DNA from: the human T2T-CHM13v2.0 reference genome, Homo sapiens
Assembly: GCF_009914755.1 (NCBI RefSeq)
Contig: NC_060927.1
Direction: 5' to 3' (one strand)
DNA: 64,000 nt
Shown here: piece by piece, positions 57,019 through 64,000 of the stretch
Numbering within the stretch: position 1 is the first letter of the stretch
Layout of the letters: the number at the start of each line of letters is the position of its first letter
The notes under the pieces: model-generated
What the model saw: only the letters and a program-made list of their open reading frames with translations
Databases searched by the model: none
What the model was told of the DNA's origin: nothing
Position numbers and translations under genes: made by a program

Positions 57019-57482
57019 TAATGAAACAGAGCCCACAAGCCCCAAAGTGAAGCATAATCTTCTGGGTTCTTGGCTTTTCCCAAGAAAGAATTCAAAGGTA
57101 AGACAGAAGTAGAAGAAAACAGCTTTACTGAAGAGGCAGTGTTAAAGCTCCATGAGTGTTCCTGCAAAGCAGGGTGACCTCACAGGCAGAGTAGCAGCTC
57201 AGGGCAGTTTTTCAGTCATATTTGTGCCCACTTTTGATTGCATGTAGATTAAAGGGGAGTTCATGCAGAAATTTTTAGGCAAGGGGTAATAATCATTGGG
57301 TCATTGCCATGTAAAGGGGTGGTAACTCCTAGCTGTTGCCATGGCAATAGTAAATTGAAATGGCACAATGGTGGGCATGTCTGATTGAAAGTTGCTTTCA
57401 CCCCAGGCGTGTGTTAGCTGTCACTCAATCTGGTCTGATGTCCAAGCCCTGCCTCTGGAGTTGAGTCCTGCTTCCTACCTCA
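57019..57482 (-). mobile_element. MER50-type ERV1 LTR (3' LTR)
   Basis: Minus strand begins 'tgaggtaggaagcaggactcaactccagaggcaggg'; contains 'ttgccatggcaac', 'agaaatttctgcatg'-like motifs; directly preceded by polypurine tract 'tgaggggggaaa' (57483-57494). Confidence 0.85.
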
Positions 57483-57654
57483 TTTCCCCCCTCACTGATT
57501 AGATACTCCTAAAGCTTAAGGGAGCTGCAGAGGCACAAAGGATCATTTTCTGTAACTTCTTCCTGCTGAGCTTATTGCAGTTGGCCCTGTCTAGCACTGG
57601 AGTAGTGAAAATCTCTGAATACCTGATCTAAGGGGCTCAAAGGCAGGTCACTCT

Positions 57655-57828
57655 TTCTGGGTCAGTAGACAGGATGGGTTGGAAGTCTTGTGCCAGCATT
57701 ATTTTTACGTGGAACTCTTATAATCTAGAAGACACAAACCTTGCCAAGAGGTAAAACAAGCAAGGGCAAAAACATAATAACAACAAGATAACTATCAAAG
57801 GTCGTAGGAGAGGTAAAAAACAGGTGCT
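57655..57828 (-). pseudogene. ERV1 env remnant: transmembrane anchor and cytoplasmic tail
   Basis: Manual translation FLPLLRPLIVILLLLCFCPCLFYLLARFVSSRL*EFHVKIMLAQDFQPI matches the gamma-type Env TM pattern LLGPL..LLLL.FGPC.FN.LV.FVSSR. Confidence 0.85.
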
Positions 57829-57894
57829 GGAAAAAGAGACAAATTTAAGTTTCTATTCCCACCCATAGCATCATGTTACCACTTCTGGCTGTGT

Positions 57895-58204
57895 TGATTC
57901 TTTTAAATAGGCAGTGGAAGTCCTCCAAAAGCTCACAGATATAGGTTATGGTGTTCTCCTGGACAGGTATATCTGACTAGGTATTCCCTGAAGTTTAACA
58001 TGAGTGGGGGTACTCAATAACACCTGATAGGGGCCCCTCCATTTTGGTTGTAATTGATCTTCAGGGGATCCTTCTTTGCAAGTTTTTAGCAGGACTAAGT
58101 CTCCTGGTTGAATAGCAGGGAGACTTATTCTTTCCTTTGTGGGAGAGGGCAATATTTGGTTTCCATATGCTTGGAGGGCTTTTTGAACCTGGCGTAATTT
58201 TACA
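57895..58204 (-). pseudogene. ERV1 pol remnant: integrase C-terminal GPY/F domain
   Basis: ORF 57946-58230 contains QPGDLVLLK...LQPKWRGPYQVLLSTPTHVKLQG, followed by YICELLEDFHCLFKR. Confidence 0.9.
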
Positions 58205-59354
58205 TGGCTAAAAGTGAAAGTAAAAGACATTTACTCTCAAGATCTTTTGCTATTATTTATTGGTGAATTGCAAAGTTAAAATAATTCAAAGTTAAATAAA
58301 CAAGTGAGTATTGTACTATTAGAATGCATACTTTAAATTGGCCTCAAATGTAAATATTGAAATTTAAAATAAGTATATTTAACTTAAAAGGTGAATATAA
58401 AATATTCTATACAGATAAAAACAATCAGAAAACTTTCACTGGGGACAGCGAATGCATGCACACGAACATGCACCCATCCACATGGATGAGAATAAGAAAA
58501 ATGCAAGGTCAAAACAAACTTAGAAACTTACTTGAATGCCAAACTAAAGTTCACCTGGAAAGATATTCAAGTGTAAATCAGTGCAGGCTTTTTTTCTTGA
58601 AGCTGTAATCCCAGTGCATTGTTACCACATAGGGCCTTAATCATGTGGAATCAATAAATACAGATTAAAAGACATTTACTAGGATTCCAAATAAAGCCTC
58701 AAATCCTCTGCCAAGAGCGAGGAACTTTCTCACAAGATGTTTTATTTTTAACCTGGCAATCTGATATGAATCAACTTTTTTTTCATAAAAAAGGATCTTG
58801 ATTTTAAGCTTCAGACCAAAGGGATTTCAAATTGCAAGAAAAGGAGGTATCAATAGTGTGCATGTTACGGTAACTAAAAATTCATTGTCTAATTCATAGT
58901 AATTCCTCAGTAAATATTTACTGAAAAATTTACAAAAAAGAAAGTGAAACAAAAACTTCCTTTAGCTCTCAAAAAAAGTCAGCTCACTAACAAATAGACA
59001 TAATAATGAAGTAAGTCAACACACTTAAATCTCATGAAATAAAAAGTCATGTTTTATATAATTACTACTTGATTTCCTATATGTACTGTATGTATATTAT
59101 CAAATCATTGATTGCTTAGACATTTCATGCTATGAAAAACCTTTTAGCAATAATATGTATTTCTAGTTGTTGATTGAAATGTGTATGTATAATGATTCTA
59201 CCTGTACAGGTTGATAATCATGGAATTATTTTGCCAATTTCAGAGAATAATTTATTAAACATTTATTTAATTAGTGTTATGCTTTTCTGAGTAGTGTTTT
59301 CACTGGAATAAAACAAATGTTATTTTACTTAACTTTTTTTATTTGCGAAAGAAG

Positions 59355-59550
59355 CAGAGTACATTGGAAAGTTCTTTGTCAGACAGACCTAAGTTCAGAC
59401 CCCTCTTTCTTATTTCAGCTTTATATATTTTTCAGAAAGCTACTTAAACTTTTTAAATTTCAGGTTAGATATTATTAAATTTTTATGATTGGAGATAATG
59501 TATGCTTAATATCTAGCACAGTTTCTGGCACATATTTTTGTGTCAAAATA
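59355..59550 (+). mobile_element. MIR
   Basis: 'gtcagacagacctaagttcaga', 'gagataatgtatg...tagcacagtttctggcacata'. Confidence 0.5.
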
Positions 59551-60334
59551 TTAGTTACGTGTGCTCTGAGTGGAAAATAGGGATGTTGCAATGCATTTTC
59601 GATGATTAACTTGCAAAATCAATCATAAATGAAAAAAATTGGTAGCTATACAGATAGAATTTTAAGTCACCCAGTGAAATCACTTTCCTGGAAAAGCTAA
59701 CTTCCTGATTACATAAGATGAAGACGTGTAGCATTTCTTGAACATGTACTGTTTGTCAAACATATTTGAAATTGAAGTCATCATCAAGGAACAGGAATTT
59801 TAAAGAAGTGTTTAGTCAGGTCATTGTATGCTCAAAAATATTTCTGAAAATAAAAATACTAAATTTGATATTTAATTTATTATTTGTATTGAGAATATTA
59901 CTGCTGTAAATATTTATTTTCAACATATCAATCTGTAACTTCTATGGCATATTGTTGGCTTACAAAATCTCTACAAATCTCAGATACTGAATGTTGAAAA
60001 AAGTCAATGACATGTTTTTGTATCCAATTAGATAGTACAAATTTTGTTAGTTGCTACTGCATTTGTGACTGTAAGGGTTATTGTCATGAGAAATATAAAT
60101 AATCATGATTAAAAACTGTATGAATTAGTAGAAAGATAAGACATTCCTTACAAAGTGATTCAGATCGTGGGCATCTCAACTTTCATTAACAAGGACTGAA
60201 AAAAAAAGAGTTATATTCTTAGAATGATACTCCTACAAACACCACATAACACTGCAAAGGGCCAGGTGTTTATAATAATTGGATTTTCCCATGTCCTCCT
60301 AGATGAGAAAATAATGATAAATTACATGTTAACA

Positions 60335-61860
60335 GTTTTATTAAAATATAATTGAAAGGAAGTAAATTGTATGTAAAATGTACAATTTGATAAGTTTTGA
60401 CAGAATATACACTTGTGCAACCAACACCACAATAAAAAATCTATCACTCCCAAATGTTTCCTTGTGCTTGTTCCTAATCCTTCCCTTCTGCCACTTCATG
60501 TTCCCACCATCTACATACAATACTGATACGTTTGCTTCTACTGCATATTAGTTTGTATTCTTCTAAAATTTTACATAAATAGGATTATACAGTATGTACT
60601 TTTTGGTGGTGGAGGGATTTAATTTCTTTCACTCAGCATAATAATTTCAAAATCTGACCATGTATGTCAGTATTTTCTTTTTTTTGCTGAGCAGTATTAC
60701 ATTTTTGTGTATTTATTTATGAGTTTACAGACATTTGAGTTGTTTCTTGTTTGGACTACTAAAAATAAGACTATTTTAAATATTCATATGCAAATATTTT
60801 TATGGATATCTGCTTCATTCTTCTTCAGTAAGTAGGAATAGAATGGCTAGTATATACAGTAAGTGTATATATAACTAAAAAATCTGCCAAGTAGTTTTCC
60901 AAATTGGTTGAGCCATTTACATTCTCACTAACAATGTAAGAGATTTCCAGTTCCTCTGTATCTTCACCAACATTCAATAGAAACATGCTTTTTACATTTA
61001 GTCATTTTCTATGCCCATGAGTTTAATTGATTTGATTTTTATATCCCACAAATAAATGAGAAGATACAATGGTTGTCTTTCTGTGCCTGGCTTATTTCAC
61101 TTAACATAATTATCTCCAGTGCCATCCATGTTGTTGCAAATGATGCGATCTCATTTTTTATTGTGACTTAATAGTACTCCATTATGTATGTGTTCCACAT
61201 TTTCTTTATCCAGTCATCTGTTGATGGACACTTAGGGTGCTTTCACACAGTAGAAGATTGCCAGAGGCTGGGCAGAGTAGTGGGGGGAGGTTGTAGGGGA
61301 GTGGTGGGAATGGTTAATGAATACAAAAAATAGAATTAACAAGACTTACTATTTGATAGCACAATACAGTGACTATAGTCAATAATAACACAATTATATA
61401 TTTTAAAATAACTTAAATAATGTAAATGGATTGTTTGTAACTCAAAGGATAAATGCCTGAGAAAATGGATACCCCATTCACCATGATGTGCTTATTTCAT
61501 ATTGCATGTCTATATCAAAACATCTGATGTACCCCATAAATACATACACCAACTATGTATCCACAAAATGTTTTAAAGATAAAAATAAATGTCATTTTAA
61601 TAACATAATATTGGCATTTTAATAAGTTTAATTCACATCCCCTAATGCTTAAACATGTTGAGTATCTTTTTATGTATTATATGCTATCCTTATATTTTTA
61701 GCTAAATATTTGTCTATAACACATCCTTTGTCCATTTTAATTATCTCATTTTTATATTGTTGAGTTTTGATAAGCTTTTATATATTCTGGAGGTTTTACA
61801 TTAGATATATGATTTGAAAAAACCGTCTCCCAGATTGTGGTTTGTCTTTTCAGTCTTAGT
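60335..61860 (-). mobile_element. L1MC/MD-like 3' region hosting an L1MA insertion
   Basis: 'aaaatgtacaatttgataagttttgaca', 'gattatacagtatgtactttttgg'; resumes after 61598. Confidence 0.8.
61009..61590 (+). mobile_element. L1MA (about MA1-3) 3' end with 5' inversion
   Basis: 61009-~61245 antisense, ~61245-61590 sense ('gatagcacaatacagtgactatagtcaataataa', 'gtaccccataaatacatac'); TSD gtcatttt at 61001-61008 and 61591-61598. Confidence 0.88.
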
Positions 61861-64000
61861 GTCTTTACAGAAACGTAAGTGATTCAGGTCATTTTGGAAT
61901 TTGAGTTTGATGTAGTAAATTCATTCTTGTAAATACAAAACCAATTACTTCTGGAAAGAATATTAAACTGTATATATACCTTCCACACCTGTGTATATAA
62001 ACAATGTAAGAATGGATTGCAAAAGTGGCAGAAAAGCTTTTCTAATTGACTAGAGTAAAAACCATATCAAGAGCTTACAGAAAAATAATTTTATAAACAA
62101 TTACTTGCCAAAGAAGGCTACATTCTGGAATTATTAAATGTAAATGAATTCTCGTGTGTTCTAAAACTCACATTTTTTGGAATTTGGTATAAATATTTCC
62201 ATAAGAGCTTTGTATAAATGTGTGTTGTTAAAGCTGGTTATCTAATATTAATGATGGATATCAGTAGTATTGATGATGCCTTTGAGTCACATCAGGGCTC
62301 TGAAACCTAAATCACTGTGAGAAGGTTCTATTTTCCCCAATACCAATTCTTTTCACTAAAGTCTACAAGAAGGGTATATCAAGACTTGTGTTAGTAATGT
62401 CTTTAGGTGACATTATTTCTACGAAAATTAGGGCAGAAGACACCTAAGTCATGTTATTTCCTAAAAGCGATTAACATCATGCATGGATCATTTCTCAACT
62501 GAGTGTTTAGGACTGTAATTTCCTGGATAGCCTGAATATCATCAATAGAATGCCTTCCATAGTGGGCTTTAGAAGATAAGTGTCTGACAGGAATGGAAAT
62601 AGATGTATCTATTCACCCTTATATCTTCCATTTTCATTATCTAAGGACACTTTTAACAATGGATAGACACAATTTCATTGAATAATAACATTTTTAGACT
62701 GAAAAAATTAAACAAAGTATAAAATAAGTATAATATTTACTGTTTTTGGAATGCGTGAATTATACAACATGTATATAGACATAGAAGCCATTCTTATGGA
62801 AAAGAAAAATCTAAGTTATAACTAGCCCGTAAGTATTTTAGTCTATATTTTGCAATTTTTAATTGTGGCTGTGTGGCCTCATAACTAGAGACACAGGGTT
62901 CACATATTTATGTGTGAAGAAAAGAGCAGAATTAATCCTTTGGGGGAAGCAATGGTGTTTCCTGTTTTATCACCTCCTATGCCCTGCCTCAATTTTTTTA
63001 TTTTAATTGAAGAGAATCAACTCTGTGCTGGTACCCTCAGGGAATGAGAGAATAACAAAGAAAAGAATCATATACAGCAATAAGTAATCACAAAGAATAT
63101 GTTTATTACCGGAAATAATAAAATTGACAAAGATAAGCAATGTTGGCTACAACTAATAATAAATGACCATGTGATATTTTTATAACTACAAAAATAAAAA
63201 GATTTTAAATGGCTTAGAACTGAAAGACTAAACATTCTTGTTTGTGTAGAACAATCCCAGTTAACCCTTTTTCTTCTGGCATACCATTAAGCTTAGCAGT
63301 TGTCCTATGCTTCCTTGGTTTCCTAATAAAATAATATTAATGATTGCAATTAATAAGCCAAGATGTGATTAGTACATCTTCAGTTTATATTTTAGTCATC
63401 CACAATAGTTTCAAATACTAAAGTGCTAGTCACACTATAGTGAGCACAAGTCTAAAATAATACATGCATAAATCTGAGGCAATCAAGATAGTCTTTTTCT
63501 CTTTTAACCAAAACATACTAACATTTGCAAAAAGGAAAAAAACTTAACACTAGTAAACCTCATCAAATCCTGACTATTAAAATTATGTCTGAAAAAGTTC
63601 AGAATGTACTAAAGCCTTTATGAAACTCTGACTACAAGAACAAATATAATGGACAAGGGTTAATCAGCTGTTACATGATCCCAGTGTTTATAGCTGTGAT
63701 TTCTTCTCTGTTTTGTGATGTGATTTTGACTCCTTTCTTCAAACTGATTCCATCTACTTTCAATACTTGGTGGAAATTTTCAAAATTTCTGATGTATTTA
63801 TGTACTATTACACTGTACAAAGTGTCTCTTTTTGTATTCTAATATTATTATAAATACCTTATTTTTAATATTCATCTTCTATAATGTCTTAAGATTTTGA
63901 TATAAAATGGTGAGTTTGTGGTCTATCAGGTAGCAAGATCAATTAATACTTAGAAATCTTCATCTACTGCAGATTTATATGGAAGCATGGCATGTTCTTA

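Noticed and set aside
57946-58230. 94-aa ORF as a domesticated retroviral gene
   Set aside because: It covers only the integrase tail, its ATG comes from flanking non-ERV DNA, and the catalytic core is absent.
61268-61315. G-quadruplex-like G-runs (also near 33910-33945)
   Set aside because: These are the ordinary G-rich tracts of L1 3' UTRs.

Overview
This is primate (human-like), AT-rich non-coding DNA, either a gene desert or deep inside a large intron. I can support no intact protein-coding gene, RNA gene, CpG island or CRISPR array. The supplied ORFs are either translations of repeats (Alu, L1 ORF2 C-terminus, an ERV integrase tail, microsatellites) or chance ORFs. The window holds 11 Alus, many L1/L2/L3/MIR relics, MaLR and ERVL solo LTRs, and the 3' end of a MER50-type ERV1 provirus with integrase and env remnants. 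A separate ERV1 pol fragment lies 27 kb away on the opposite strand. The geometry of the two ERV1 pieces and a 9/10-bp inverted match at their broken ends suggest one provirus split by a ~27-kb inversion; this is the best lead, but it is inference. I see no evidence of a new enzymatic or biological system. Subfamily names were recognised by eye, and boundaries of old elements are approximate.
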